A stretch of 64,000 nucleotides of DNA, taken from contig JANNUT010000052.1 of NCBI GenBank assembly GCA_031395565.1, positions 17,882-81,881 of the forward strand, written 5' to 3'. Numbering within the stretch: the first letter of the stretch is position 1; each line of letters starts with the position of its first letter. Below the pieces are notes generated by a model that was not told the origin of the DNA, made no database searches, and saw only the letters and a program-made list of their open reading frames with translations. Below are positions 26,724 to 35,759 of this stretch, one piece after another. The position numbers and the translations under genes are program-made. Source of the stretch: Acidobacteriota bacterium. Its GTDB lineage: Bacteria; Acidobacteriota; Polarisedimenticolia; J045.

Positions 26724-26741
26724 ACGGTGAACACCCCATGG
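26724..26741 (+). promoter_or_regulatory. Island motif copy (ACGGTGAACACCCCATGG), oriented toward the sugar transferase gene
   Basis: 126 bp upstream of the ATG at 26867. Confidence 0.45.
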
Positions 26742-26866
26742 CCAGGCTCAGTAGCGACCACGTACCATCCTGAAGTAATCAGCGCAATGACGCTCCAACC
26801 CTCCGAAGCGCCAGAACGTGGGCAACTCGCTGGAAAACACCCCGAATCTTCTCGCTGCCGAGGAGT

Positions 26867-28387
26867 ATGGTCTTTATGCAACCGATCTGTGCCTCACAAT
26901 CTATTCCACGCCTGCATGATTGGTCGCTTAGAGCCTTCATTGGAGCAGGTGTTGCGGCCGCGATGTTCCTCGCCGTGTACGTCAAGCTCGGATGGCATGA
27001 AGGACTCGGCTACGTGGCTAGCCATCAAGCGACTGCGACCGCCTCCTGGGGAATCTTCGTCGTCGCTCTCGGCGTTGCAGGACTCCATGACGCAAGGCGA
27101 AGAGTTGGGCCCGGTCGCACCCTGCTGGCAGCAAGTATTGCGGTGTTCTGCGGGACGATACTCTCGAGCATGCTCCTGTGGGCGACCTCGCCTGACCAGG
27201 TCGCGCTCGCGATGACGTTTGTTTCCGGGAGTTTCGTACTGCTTGCCGTGCTGGCGATCCACTTGGTTTATCCACGATTACGCGAGCTCGGGTTTGGGAT
27301 GACTCGCTGCCTCGTGATCGGTACGAGCCAGGATGCGAAAGCGGTGATCGAGTTGATCCATCGATATCCGCAAGCTGGGTTGAAAGCGATGGGCATCGTC
27401 CATTGCGGAAAAGGACCGGCTGCGATCGGGACTCCGATCGCGGGCTGCCGGGTACTCGGAACCGAAGCATCGCTGAAGCGGCTGGTTAGCGTTCATCGTG
27501 TCGACAAACTGATTGTTGCTGCCCCACGAGAGGTCGACACCGTATTGCTTCGAAGGCTGAGGTCGTTTCGTTATCGCGGCCTAGCCGTTGCCGACTATGT
27601 TTCTCTCAACGAAGAACTGACGCAAGAGATTCCCATCGAACATATCGATGATGAGTGGTTGTTTGCAGCCTCAATGAACAGCTCGCGGCCTCACATTCGA
27701 CGATTCAAACGCACCCTGGATGTTGCCGCTTCGATCGTCGCATTGGTGTTGACAGCGCCGCTCTTGGCCGTAGCGGCGTTGCTGATCAAACTCGACTCCA
27801 AAGGGCCGATACACTTTCGCCAGGAGCGACTGGGACGGGATCGCGTCCCATTCACAATCCTCAAGCTCCGAACGATGACCGCTGATGCGGAGAGCCGCAG
27901 CGGGCCGGTGTGGGCCACGACAAACGATCCTCGGATCACGCGAATAGGCCGCTGGTTGAGAAAGTTCCGTATTGACGAGTTACCCCAGTTCGTCAATGTG
28001 CTGCGTGGCGAGATGAGTTTGATCGGGCCGCGCCCTGAACGGGAAGTGTTCGTCAATCAGCTCACGGAGCAGGTTCCGTTTTATGCTGAGCGGTTCATGG
28101 TGCAGCCGGGCATCACAGGGTGGGCCCAGGTGATGCAGTCCTACGCTGCCAGCGTAGAAGAGTCGCGCCGGAAACTACAAGCTGATCTTTACTACATCAA
28201 GCACATCTCATTTCTTACCGACATGTTCATCATTCTGAAAACGATAAAGGTTGTTTTGCTAGGGCTCGAGCGCAACCCATCGATCGATGCGAACGAGAGC
28301 GTTGGCGAACTCGTTACCGAGCGGAACCTTAGTCAAAGCCGCGGCGTGATACCTGTAACGGCTGCCTCCCACCAACACGCCGGCTAG
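26867..28387 (+). CDS. Polyprenyl-phosphate glycosyl-1-phosphate transferase (bacterial sugar transferase, WbaP/EpsB-like)
   Basis: 506 aa with N-terminal TM helices. C-terminal domain KRTLDVAASIVALVLTAPLL...KLDSKGPIHFRQERLGRDRVPFTILKLRTM...DPRITRIGRWLRKFRIDELPQFVNVLRGEMSLIGPRPE...GITGWAQV. Confidence 0.85.
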   Translation: MVFMQPICASQSIPRLHDWSLRAFIGAGVAAAMFLAVYVKLGWHEGLGYVASHQATATASWGIFVVALGVAGLHDARRRVGPGRTLLAASIAVFCGTILSSMLLWATSPDQVALAMTFVSGSFVLLAVLAIHLVYPRLRELGFGMTRCLVIGTSQDAKAVIELIHRYPQAGLKAMGIVHCGKGPAAIGTPIAGCRVLGTEASLKRLVSVHRVDKLIVAAPREVDTVLLRRLRSFRYRGLAVADYVSLNEELTQEIPIEHIDDEWLFAASMNSSRPHIRRFKRTLDVAASIVALVLTAPLLAVAALLIKLDSKGPIHFRQERLGRDRVPFTILKLRTMTADAESRSGPVWATTNDPRITRIGRWLRKFRIDELPQFVNVLRGEMSLIGPRPEREVFVNQLTEQVPFYAERFMVQPGITGWAQVMQSYAASVEESRRKLQADLYYIKHISFLTDMFIILKTIKVVLLGLERNPSIDANESVGELVTERNLSQSRGVIPVTAASHQHAG

Positions 28388-28432
28388 CAACTTCAGCGGG
28401 CGGAACAGTCTCACCGCAACGTTGCCGGCATG

Positions 28433-28452
28433 GGTAGGGTTCTGCCCCATGG
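28433..28452 (+). promoter_or_regulatory. Island motif copy (GGTAGGGTTCTGCCCCATGG), oriented toward the SYLF gene
   Basis: 171 bp upstream of the ATG at 28623. Confidence 0.5.
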
Positions 28453-28622
28453 TCGGGACCTTCACAAGGAAATACGATCGTGTTCAGTTCAAGGCTGAAG
28501 TCACTCGGTGTTCAGTCTTCGCGCGGCCCTTGCTCTTGTCGCTCTTGCAAACCTTGTGCGGGTGCGGTTCAGGGCCTAACGCAGAGCACCTTCAACAAGG
28601 CAGAAAAGAAGGGCCCCACGCC

Positions 28623-29360
28623 ATGCGAACGCTCTCTATCGTTGTTTCGCTTGCAATGCTCGTAGCAATTCCGGTCGAAGCCTCGACTGGTCTTTCCAAG
28701 AAGGACAAGAAGACTCTACGCCAGGCCGAGGTGGTGCTCGATGCACTCACCAGCGCGCCCGACAAGGGCATCCCGCAAAATCTGCTGGCGCGAGCCGACT
28801 GCATCCTGATCTTCCCGTCTGTTGCCAAGGGCGCGTTCATTGTGGGCGGCAAAGGTGGCCACGGGATCGCATCGTGCCGGCAGCCCGACGGTCGGATGGG
28901 ATCGGCTGCTTTCTACACCGTTGGTGGGGCCAGCATCGGATTTCAGATCGGCGGCCAGAAGGCCGACGTGGTGATGCTGATCATGAACGAAAAGGGTGTC
29001 GACCATCTGCTCGCCGATCGTTTCACGATCGGTGGCGAAGCGACGGCAACCGCAGGTCCTGTTGGGCGCACCGCCCAAGCTTCGACGGACGCGCAGTTGC
29101 ATGCGCAAATTCTCTCCTGGTCCAGATCGCGCGGTCTGTTTTTGGGCGCAGCGCTCGATGGCTCCGTTGTGAAGCCGAATCAAGATGCTAACGAACGTCT
29201 TTACGGCAAAGAGACCTCTGGAAAAGACATCCTGGTGAACTCAAAACTCGATGTCCCGAGTTCGGCGCGACCGCTCGTTGATTCGATCCGGCGACACATG
29301 GCGACAGCGGTGGCTCGAGAACAGCGCGAGCGCGCCTTGGAGTTGGCAGAAAAGAAGTAG
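28623..29360 (+). CDS. Secreted SYLF (Ysc84/DUF500) lipid-binding domain protein
   Basis: Start moved to 28623 (MRTLSIVVSLAMLVAIPVEA). ...ADCILIFPSVAKGAFIVGGKGGHGIASCR...FYTVGGASIGFQIGGQKADVVMLIM...FTIGGEATATAGPVGR...ILSWSRSRGLFLGAALDGS. Confidence 0.8.
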   Translation: MRTLSIVVSLAMLVAIPVEASTGLSKKDKKTLRQAEVVLDALTSAPDKGIPQNLLARADCILIFPSVAKGAFIVGGKGGHGIASCRQPDGRMGSAAFYTVGGASIGFQIGGQKADVVMLIMNEKGVDHLLADRFTIGGEATATAGPVGRTAQASTDAQLHAQILSWSRSRGLFLGAALDGSVVKPNQDANERLYGKETSGKDILVNSKLDVPSSARPLVDSIRRHMATAVAREQRERALELAEKK

Positions 29361-29463
29361 GAGCGATGAAAGTCCACTTCCGGTCGAGATACGTAACGCA
29401 CGAACTGCATTCGAACCTCGATGATTCGCAGTCCACTGAACCTCTTATTCAAGGAGATGATCG

Positions 29464-29976
29464 ATGAGCCAGAACAGTGATTCGAAGTTCGAGTCCAAGA
29501 GCATGAGACTTGCGGCTGACATAGACTCAACGTTGCATCCAGTTGGCATTGGAGTGGGCGCTGCCGGCGGTGGATTAGCCGGTGCAGCACTTGGCTCACT
29601 CGTTGGCCCGGTTGGAACACTCGTCGGCGGCGCGATTGGAGTTGCCACGGGCGCCCTGGCCGGTCAGAGCGTTGTGGAAGCCATCGACCCAGCGGTCGAA
29701 GACGCTTACTGGCGCGAGAACTACCGCATGCGCGACTACGTGGTGCGAGACGTGCCCTACAACGACTACCAGAGTGCCTATCAATACGGTTGGGAATCCC
29801 GCGCCCGTTTCGGTGACAGACCGTTCCACGAGATCGAGTTGGATCTCGAGCGCGGTTGGGAACTGGCCAAGAAAGATTCCAAGCTCGCTTGGACGCAAGC
29901 CAAGCACGCCACCAGCGATGCGTGGCACAGGATCAGCACCTCTAAACAAGGCGATGCCGGTTGTTGCTCCAAGTAG
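29464..29976 (+). CDS. Glycine-zipper / stress-type hypothetical protein
   Basis: 170 aa with an AAGGAG RBS. A Gly-zipper (GIGVGAAGGGLAGAALGSLVGPVGTLVGGAIGVATGALAG) is followed by a Trp/Tyr-rich helical domain (YWRENY...YQYGWESR...WELAK...WTQAKHATSDAWHR). Confidence 0.6.
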   Translation: MSQNSDSKFESKSMRLAADIDSTLHPVGIGVGAAGGGLAGAALGSLVGPVGTLVGGAIGVATGALAGQSVVEAIDPAVEDAYWRENYRMRDYVVRDVPYNDYQSAYQYGWESRARFGDRPFHEIELDLERGWELAKKDSKLAWTQAKHATSDAWHRISTSKQGDAGCCSK

Positions 29977-30041
29977 TTCAGAAACGCTTACCGCAACTAG
30001 AGCGCGCGATGTGGAATGCTCATCACGCGCGGAGGTCAACG

Positions 30042-30443
30042 ATGAACAAAGTACTGTTGCTCGCATTGGTAGCCGTCGCGCTTTCAAGCGTTTCGATGGC
30101 TGGTCACGAAGTCGCCGTTCTCGACGGCACGAGTTGGAAGGTCGATGTCGATCCAGATTCCATGGCTAAGGACGCAGGTGAAAAGCAATTCAAGGAAACC
30201 ATGACGTTTGCGGACGGAAAGGTCTCCTTGAGCGCTCCGAAAGTCGGATTCGAATCAACACCGTATTCGGTAACCATGACGGGTAAGGACTTGACCTTCA
30301 AAGCAGAGCGCAGCAGTGCTGGCGAAGGCAGTTCCGTATGGACCGGCACCATTCATGGCAGCAACCTCGACGGCAAGTTGATTTGGACCAAGAACGATGG
30401 AACCGTTCTGACGTACACACTCAAAGGCAACAAGCTCGATTGA
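30042..30443 (+). CDS. Small secreted beta-rich protein, function unknown
   Basis: 133 aa. GGAGG RBS and signal peptide MNKVLLLALVAVALSSVSMA. Confidence 0.55.
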   Translation: MNKVLLLALVAVALSSVSMAGHEVAVLDGTSWKVDVDPDSMAKDAGEKQFKETMTFADGKVSLSAPKVGFESTPYSVTMTGKDLTFKAERSSAGEGSSVWTGTIHGSNLDGKLIWTKNDGTVLTYTLKGNKLD

Positions 30444-30465
30444 AGACTCCTTGTTTTGATTGCCG

Positions 30466-30499
30466 CTCCCTGGGCTTCCAGGCCCAGGGAGTCTTTTCT
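30466..30499 (+). terminator. Rho-independent terminator
   Basis: CTCCCTGGGC-ttccag-GCCCAGGGAG followed by TCTTTTCTC, 23 nt after the stop at 30443. Confidence 0.75.
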
Positions 30500-30564
30500 C
30501 AAAGCGTTCGGTTGCGACACGAACCTCGCGGCGGCCGCGTTATTCCAGCAGCCACGTTGCTTGG

Positions 30565-31833
30565 CTACCGGGCGCGGCTCATCAGCGGAACGCGCACCAC
30601 GATTTCGGTGCCGCAGCGGGGCGAGGACTTGATCTGGTGCGTGCCGCCGAGATAGTTGGCGCGCTCGCGCATCCCAAGCAGGCCGAGGCCACCCTTACCC
30701 TTGCGACGCGCGGGCTGATGATCTGGATCAAAGCCGATCCCATCGTCCTTGATCGCTAACTGTGCCCAGCCTCCTGCCTGCGTCAGGTTGATGGTCACAT
30801 GCTGAGCGCGGGCATGCTTTTCCACGTTTTGCAGGGCTTCTTGAAATATGCGGTAAAGCGTCAACTCGGTGGCGGCAGGCAGCCGCGCTGTCAGCCCGGC
30901 AGAGGCCAGATTCACGGACACTTTGGTGCGCTTGTCGAACTCCGCGCTGGTGAGGCGCAGCGCGGCGAGCAACCCCAATTGGTCGAGGACACGAGGCCGA
31001 AGATCGTGAGAGATGCGCTCGACTTCCTCAGCAGCCTTTCCTGCCAGGTCCTGGAGTTTCATCGCGTTGCTCTTCGTGGGGTCGTCGCGCTTCGAACAGC
31101 CGGCCACCAGCGCCTGGCTCCAGAATTGTACGGCGCAGAGCATTTGAGCGATGCCATCGTGCAACTCGAGCGCGACGCGCGCGCGCTCGGTTTCTTGCGC
31201 CTGAAACACACGATGAGTCAAGGTGCGTAGCAGTTCTTCGTTGCGCCGCGCCTCCGTCAGGTCCGTCACTACGGCGCTGATGGTCGCGGCGCGGGGACCA
31301 TACTTGGCAACATGACGGATGGAGATTTGCACCGGGATCTGCGATCCCTCGCGGGCTTGAAGCATGACAAGGAGTTTGGCTCCGGACTTGGCCTTGCGTT
31401 TCAGCACGACGCTGAGCGCCGCCCGGTCTTCCACGGTAAGAAAGCGGCCAAGTGAGCTGCCCGTCACCTGCTCCAGCGGGAACTCGAGCATCCGCGCAAA
31501 ACACTGGTTGGCGTAGAGAATGGTCTGGTCCGTTCCCAGCGTCAGCGCTCCTTCGTTCATGGATTCGATGAGATCACGGTAGGCGTCGCCAGCACCCTCT
31601 AAGGTGAACACCTGCCGGCCAAGTTCGCCCGCGACGAGCACCGTGTCTACTTCGCCATTGCGGATGGCGCGCAGCGTTTCCTCGGCCTCGGCCAGACGGG
31701 CGCGGAGTTCGGAGACGTTGTTGTCCGGCGCATTGCGTGCGCTCTCAGGCGAAAGCAGGCCGGTTACCCGACCGCTGCCCTTTGGCTTCGTCGCCTTGGA
31801 TTCTGAATTTTCGGCGTGACGATCTGGTTTCAC
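30565..31833 (-). CDS. Cytoplasmic PAS + HisKA_3 sensor histidine kinase (last gene of the kai operon)
   Basis: 422 aa. Coiled-coil N-terminus, then PAS (LIESMNEGALTLGTDQTILYANQCFARMLEF...). H-box ERARVALELHDGIAQML and an HATPase_c domain. The start overlaps the kaiB stop by 4 nt. Confidence 0.85.
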   Translation of the reverse strand: MKPDRHAENSESKATKPKGSGRVTGLLSPESARNAPDNNVSELRARLAEAEETLRAIRNGEVDTVLVAGELGRQVFTLEGAGDAYRDLIESMNEGALTLGTDQTILYANQCFARMLEFPLEQVTGSSLGRFLTVEDRAALSVVLKRKAKSGAKLLVMLQAREGSQIPVQISIRHVAKYGPRAATISAVVTDLTEARRNEELLRTLTHRVFQAQETERARVALELHDGIAQMLCAVQFWSQALVAGCSKRDDPTKSNAMKLQDLAGKAAEEVERISHDLRPRVLDQLGLLAALRLTSAEFDKRTKVSVNLASAGLTARLPAATELTLYRIFQEALQNVEKHARAQHVTINLTQAGGWAQLAIKDDGIGFDPDHQPARRKGKGGLGLLGMRERANYLGGTHQIKSSPRCGTEIVVRVPLMSRAR

Positions 31834-32198
31834 GGGACGGCCTCGCCTCTCTGGTCCAAATCAATCAGGCGAAACAACTCGGCGATCGTCGTCAGGTTAC
31901 CAATGAACCGTCGGACTGGCAGGGGCGATGCAATGACGAGCGTCGGCGTGGCAACGATCTGGTTTTCGCGCGCTAGACTCGGCTGTTGGTAGATGTCGAT
32001 CACTTCCAATTCGACTCGGCCTTTCAACGTCGTTTCGCACAGCGCACGAACGTGCACGATCGCTTGGCGCGACCGTGCTGTGACTCCCGCCACGAAGAGG
32101 CGCAGAACGTACTTGTCTCTGGTCGCGCGCGTCGGAGGCATCATAGCAGCGTGTTTCGTGTGACCGATCGCTTTCGTGATTCGTTTCATTGCAGTCAT
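31830..32198 (-). CDS. kaiB: KaiB-like protein (second copy)
   Basis: YVLRLFVAGVTARSRQAIVHVRALCETTLKGRVELEVIDIYQQPSLARENQIVATPTLV is the thioredoxin-like KaiB signature. It has an N-terminal extension of about 28 aa. Confidence 0.8.
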   Translation of the reverse strand: MTAMKRITKAIGHTKHAAMMPPTRATRDKYVLRLFVAGVTARSRQAIVHVRALCETTLKGRVELEVIDIYQQPSLARENQIVATPTLVIASPLPVRRFIGNLTTIAELFRLIDLDQRGEAVP

Positions 32199-32521
32199 CG
32201 TGCCGAGGACAGATCCAGACCTAAGAGCGCGCGCTTGGTATCCGAGAGCGTCCCGATAATGGTGCGTGCCGGCTTTGGCAGCCTGCGCACCACCGTAGGA
32301 ATCGCCAGGATCTGATCGTCCTTGGCAAAGTGAGGCTGCTTCAGCAAGTCAATCACCGTAATGCGATAGCGGCCCTTGAGCTGGCTTTCGCAGATCTCTT
32401 TCAACTTTGCGAAGGCCACTCGCGAGTTGGATGTCGAGCCGGCCACATAAAGCCGTAGTTGCCAGGGCTTGCGAGTGCCGCTCGAGCAAGGGGCCGCGCC
32501 CTCACTAGTCTCGGTCTTCAC
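32195..32521 (-). CDS. kaiB: KaiB-like protein (first copy)
   Basis: WQLRLYVAGSTSNSRVAFAKLKEICESQLKGRYRITVIDLLKQPHFAKDDQILAIPTVVRRLPKPARTIIGTLSD is the canonical KaiB sequence. Confidence 0.85.
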   Translation of the reverse strand: MKTETSEGAAPCSSGTRKPWQLRLYVAGSTSNSRVAFAKLKEICESQLKGRYRITVIDLLKQPHFAKDDQILAIPTVVRRLPKPARTIIGTLSDTKRALLGLDLSSAR

Positions 32522-34278
32522 TGAGTGTTTCTCCTGTTCTTGGACTTGCTTCGTGAACTGGTCGTCAGTTTCGCATCCGCCTGGCGTAAGATGCCGGACG
32601 CCGTTCGTTCGGTGCCCAGCACTGAAGCTCGCGTGCCTACCTGTTCGGCAGTGCGCCGTAGTTCCATGGCTTTGCTTTCATAGTTGGAACGCAGATTCTT
32701 GATTTGCCGTTCGAGAGCACTGCGCTCGCGATCCACCTCACGCCTGAGTCGAGCGGCTTCCTGTTGATTGGCTAAGACCGCGGCCCGTTCGAGGTCCTCT
32801 TGCGCCACGCGGGCAGACCCGGTCAACACGCCGCTGACACCGATGTAAGCGTCCACGACATCAACGCCGCGATCCGAGATCAAAAACTCGCGAACTTGAT
32901 TCGAGTGCGCCATCCCGCGCGCCTTGAGCACATACAGCACGCGATTGCGTTCGCCGTTGCCTTCGAGATCCCGCAACAGCACCCACGCGTCCATGAGAGA
33001 GGACATCGCACCTTCGTTCCGCTGCGGTCCAACGTCAGTCGGCGTCAGGCTGGTGAAGAGCGAGGTAACCTGTCCGCCCTTCAGGAAATCGATCAGCCTG
33101 GTCACCATTCCTCTGCCCTCGGACTCGGTGCCCGCGTCCATCAAGCTGGTGATTGGGTCCATGACCACAACGCGCGGTTGATAGGTGCTGATCTCTTTGA
33201 ACATGGTGGCGAGGTGCATTTCCAGGCCATAAAGCGAGGGCCGAGCCGAATGAAACCGGAGCAGGCCACGCTTGACCAACGGCTCCAATTCCAATCCGAT
33301 GGATCGCATGTTGCGGATGATTTGGTTGGGGGATTCCTCGAACGAGAAGAAGAGTGCGCGTTCTCCGCGCATCGCGGCAGCATGGGCGAAGTTGACGGCG
33401 ACAATCGTCTTGCCGGTACCGGCCGTACCCGAGAGAAAAATGCTGCTGCCGCGAAAAAACCCCTTCCCGCCCAGCATCGCGTCGAAGCGCGGGATGCCGG
33501 TAGCGATCCGCTGACTCGACACCGTGTGATTCAGCCCCAGCGACGTGATCGGGAGAACGCTGATGCCATCGTCGCCGATGAGGAAAGGGAATTCGTTGGT
33601 TCCGTGTAGCGCGCCGCGATACTTCACCACGCGCAAACTGCGCGTGGCGATCTGGTCGATGACCCGATGCTCGAGCAGGATGACGCAATCGGAGACGTAT
33701 TCCTCTAGCCCGTGGCGCGTCAGTGATTCGCGGCCGCGCTCTGCGGTAATGACAGCGGTGAGGCCTTTGGCTTTGAGCCAGCGAAAGAGTCGGTGCAACT
33801 CGCTGCGTAAAACGGCCTCGTTGGGCAGGTTAGCGAACAGCACCTCGAGCGTGTCCAACACCACGCGTTTGGCGCCGATGGAATCAATCGCGTGAGCCAG
33901 CCTGACGAACAGCCCTTCCAGATCGTAATCGCCGCTTTCTTGCAGTCCGTGGCGCTCGATCTGAACGTAGTCCACGACGATCTTCTTTCGTCGTATAAGC
34001 CCTGCGAGATCGAATCCGAGCGAAGCGACGTTGGCCTTCAACTCGTTCTCGGTCTCCTCGAAAGCCATCAATACGCCAGGCTCGCGGAACTGGGCCGCGC
34101 CGCGCACAAGGAACTCCGTGGCCAGCAGCGTCTTGCCACAACCGGCGCCGCCGCAAACCAGCGTGGGTCTTCCGCGCGGCAATCCGCCGCCGGTGATTTC
34201 ATCGAGACCTTGGATGCCGCTCAGACACCTGGGCAAGCGCGTCGTCGAAGGGGTGGGCTTACGAGGTGTGGTTGTCAT
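32518..34278 (-). CDS. kaiC: KaiC (double RecA-like ATPase) with an extended charged C-terminal tail
   Basis: 586 aa. CI Walker A GGAGCGKT and CII Walker A GTAGTGKT. GIQGLDEITGGGLPRGRPTLV; ...AMSSLMDAWVLLRDLEGNGERNRVLYVLKARGMAHSNQVREFLISDRG. Confidence 0.9.
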   Translation of the reverse strand: MTTTPRKPTPSTTRLPRCLSGIQGLDEITGGGLPRGRPTLVCGGAGCGKTLLATEFLVRGAAQFREPGVLMAFEETENELKANVASLGFDLAGLIRRKKIVVDYVQIERHGLQESGDYDLEGLFVRLAHAIDSIGAKRVVLDTLEVLFANLPNEAVLRSELHRLFRWLKAKGLTAVITAERGRESLTRHGLEEYVSDCVILLEHRVIDQIATRSLRVVKYRGALHGTNEFPFLIGDDGISVLPITSLGLNHTVSSQRIATGIPRFDAMLGGKGFFRGSSIFLSGTAGTGKTIVAVNFAHAAAMRGERALFFSFEESPNQIIRNMRSIGLELEPLVKRGLLRFHSARPSLYGLEMHLATMFKEISTYQPRVVVMDPITSLMDAGTESEGRGMVTRLIDFLKGGQVTSLFTSLTPTDVGPQRNEGAMSSLMDAWVLLRDLEGNGERNRVLYVLKARGMAHSNQVREFLISDRGVDVVDAYIGVSGVLTGSARVAQEDLERAAVLANQQEAARLRREVDRERSALERQIKNLRSNYESKAMELRRTAEQVGTRASVLGTERTASGILRQADAKLTTSSRSKSKNRRNTQ

Positions 34279-34520
34279 TCACGGCATCCTCTCGTCAATA
34301 CGGGCGAAGCGCGATTCGCCTCGAAGCAGTCCGCGCTATATCGCACTTGCTGTTGAGTGAAGTGAGGGTGCTGGTGAATCGGGGTGAATTCTCGCTGCCC
34401 TGGACGAAAGGCATTCGCACTGCATCCCAGTCCCAAGACGTGTCCTCATCGCGGTCCTACCATCCCTCGGCACCAAACCGTTCACCAACAACCACTATCG
34501 GCGATCGGCGGCCACGGTCT

Positions 34521-34536
34521 ATGGGGTGAACACCGC
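34521..34536 (-). promoter_or_regulatory. Island motif copy (minus strand GCGGTGTTCACCCCAT), oriented toward kaiC
   Basis: 243 bp upstream of the kaiC ATG at 34278. Confidence 0.45.
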
Positions 34537-34650
34537 ATAGACACCCGGGAGATGGCGACCGGGGTTGGCCGAGGACAAGCTAACCCGCGCGCGCAACAGA
34601 TCGAACGGAGGTGGGGGACTGAGCCTTTCCCCCACGACCGCGCCAGTGTG

Positions 34651-35397
34651 CTATCTCCGAAGATCGATCGTGAGCGACCTGTCGAGCGTGACGGTGAGTT
34701 CGGTTCCAACGGGCATCACGATCTCTCGACCCTTCGTGCCCGCAGCGATGCCGGTTCCGATGGCGCCACCGACGACCGCGCCGATCGCGGCATCTTTCGT
34801 ATCTCCGCCGAGAATCTTGCCCAAAATCGCGCCGCCCGCAGCACTTCCGCCGATGATTCCAGCGGTCTTGCTCTTGGAGTTAGCGATGCTGGTAACCGAA
34901 CCCGACATCGACACGCTATTGCCAGCCGGTGTCGTGATCGTCGTGAACGACAGTACGATCGATCCGCCCTTGACGGCGTTCTTCAACCCCTTCTTTGCAG
35001 GGCTGACGTCCGTCACCGTGCCACGAACCGTGCTTCCAACCGGGATCGCGACTCGATCACCGACCAATACGACAGCGGTTGTCATTGCCATTGCCGAGTC
35101 TCCGACCTGACTGGTCCCAGATCCAATAGGAGACGAGAGATGCATTCGGATCCCGGTCCCTTCGGGCACTGTGACGCGCACCGAAGCGGGCTCGCGTGCT
35201 TGCGCGATGGGGGAACCGCCGGAGGCCCTCGAGCGTACAGGCAATACCGCGCCGGCTCCGACGTCGCGCCCATCGCCTTGCGACGCGCCCAACGGTTCTT
35301 CGGATCCTTGTTGGCAGCCAAGACTGAGAGCGACGGCGCCCATCACAATGGCCGCGAGCGTAGCTTTGGAAATACGGTCGAGAATTCTGGTGTTCAT
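34651..35397 (-). CDS. Lipoprotein with a C-terminal glycine-zipper region
   Basis: 248 aa. Lipobox LSLGC. C-terminus GIIGGSAAGGAILGKILGG...AAIGAVVGGAIGTGIAAG. ATGA overlap with the upstream small membrane ORF. Confidence 0.65.
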   Translation of the reverse strand: MNTRILDRISKATLAAIVMGAVALSLGCQQGSEEPLGASQGDGRDVGAGAVLPVRSRASGGSPIAQAREPASVRVTVPEGTGIRMHLSSPIGSGTSQVGDSAMAMTTAVVLVGDRVAIPVGSTVRGTVTDVSPAKKGLKNAVKGGSIVLSFTTITTPAGNSVSMSGSVTSIANSKSKTAGIIGGSAAGGAILGKILGGDTKDAAIGAVVGGAIGTGIAAGTKGREIVMPVGTELTVTLDRSLTIDLRR

Positions 35398-35678
35398 GGT
35401 CTCTCCTTCGTAGAGAACGCGAACTCACGTCGCCTTACACTAGGCGTCAACGAGTCGGTAGATTTCTTCTTGTCATCGAGCAAAAAAGCGATACCGCCCA
35501 CGAGAGCGATAGCGCCGAGGATCGGTGGAAACGACGTTTCCTGGATTGGCGCAGCTTCCCGGAGTGTTGGGCTGGGATCGGCGTTTCGAAGACGCTTGAG
35601 GTAACTCTCGCCCTCAGTGGCGATTGTCACGACACCGAGACCGAGAAGAGCGATTCCTACAATGACCTTCAGGTTCAT
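35394..35678 (-). CDS. Small two-TM membrane protein (paralogue of 24475-24711)
   Basis: Start at 35678 after a GAGGAG RBS. MNLKVIVGIALLGLGVVTIA...SFPPILGAIALVGGIAFLLDD. Confidence 0.55.
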   Translation of the reverse strand: MNLKVIVGIALLGLGVVTIATEGESYLKRLRNADPSPTLREAAPIQETSFPPILGAIALVGGIAFLLDDKKKSTDSLTPSVRRREFAFSTKERP

Positions 35679-35759
35679 GGGCCACTCCTCTCGTGCAGTA
35701 GGAAAGACGTGTGCGCAGTACGACCGTTCGGACAGTACGTCAGCGGCCCTCACACCTCC

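Noticed and set aside
34384-35604. 406-aa plus-strand ORF
   Set aside because: It is antisense to the Gly-zipper lipoprotein and small membrane protein genes. It is Arg/Asp/Ser-rich and low-complexity, and it begins in the kaiC upstream region without an RBS.
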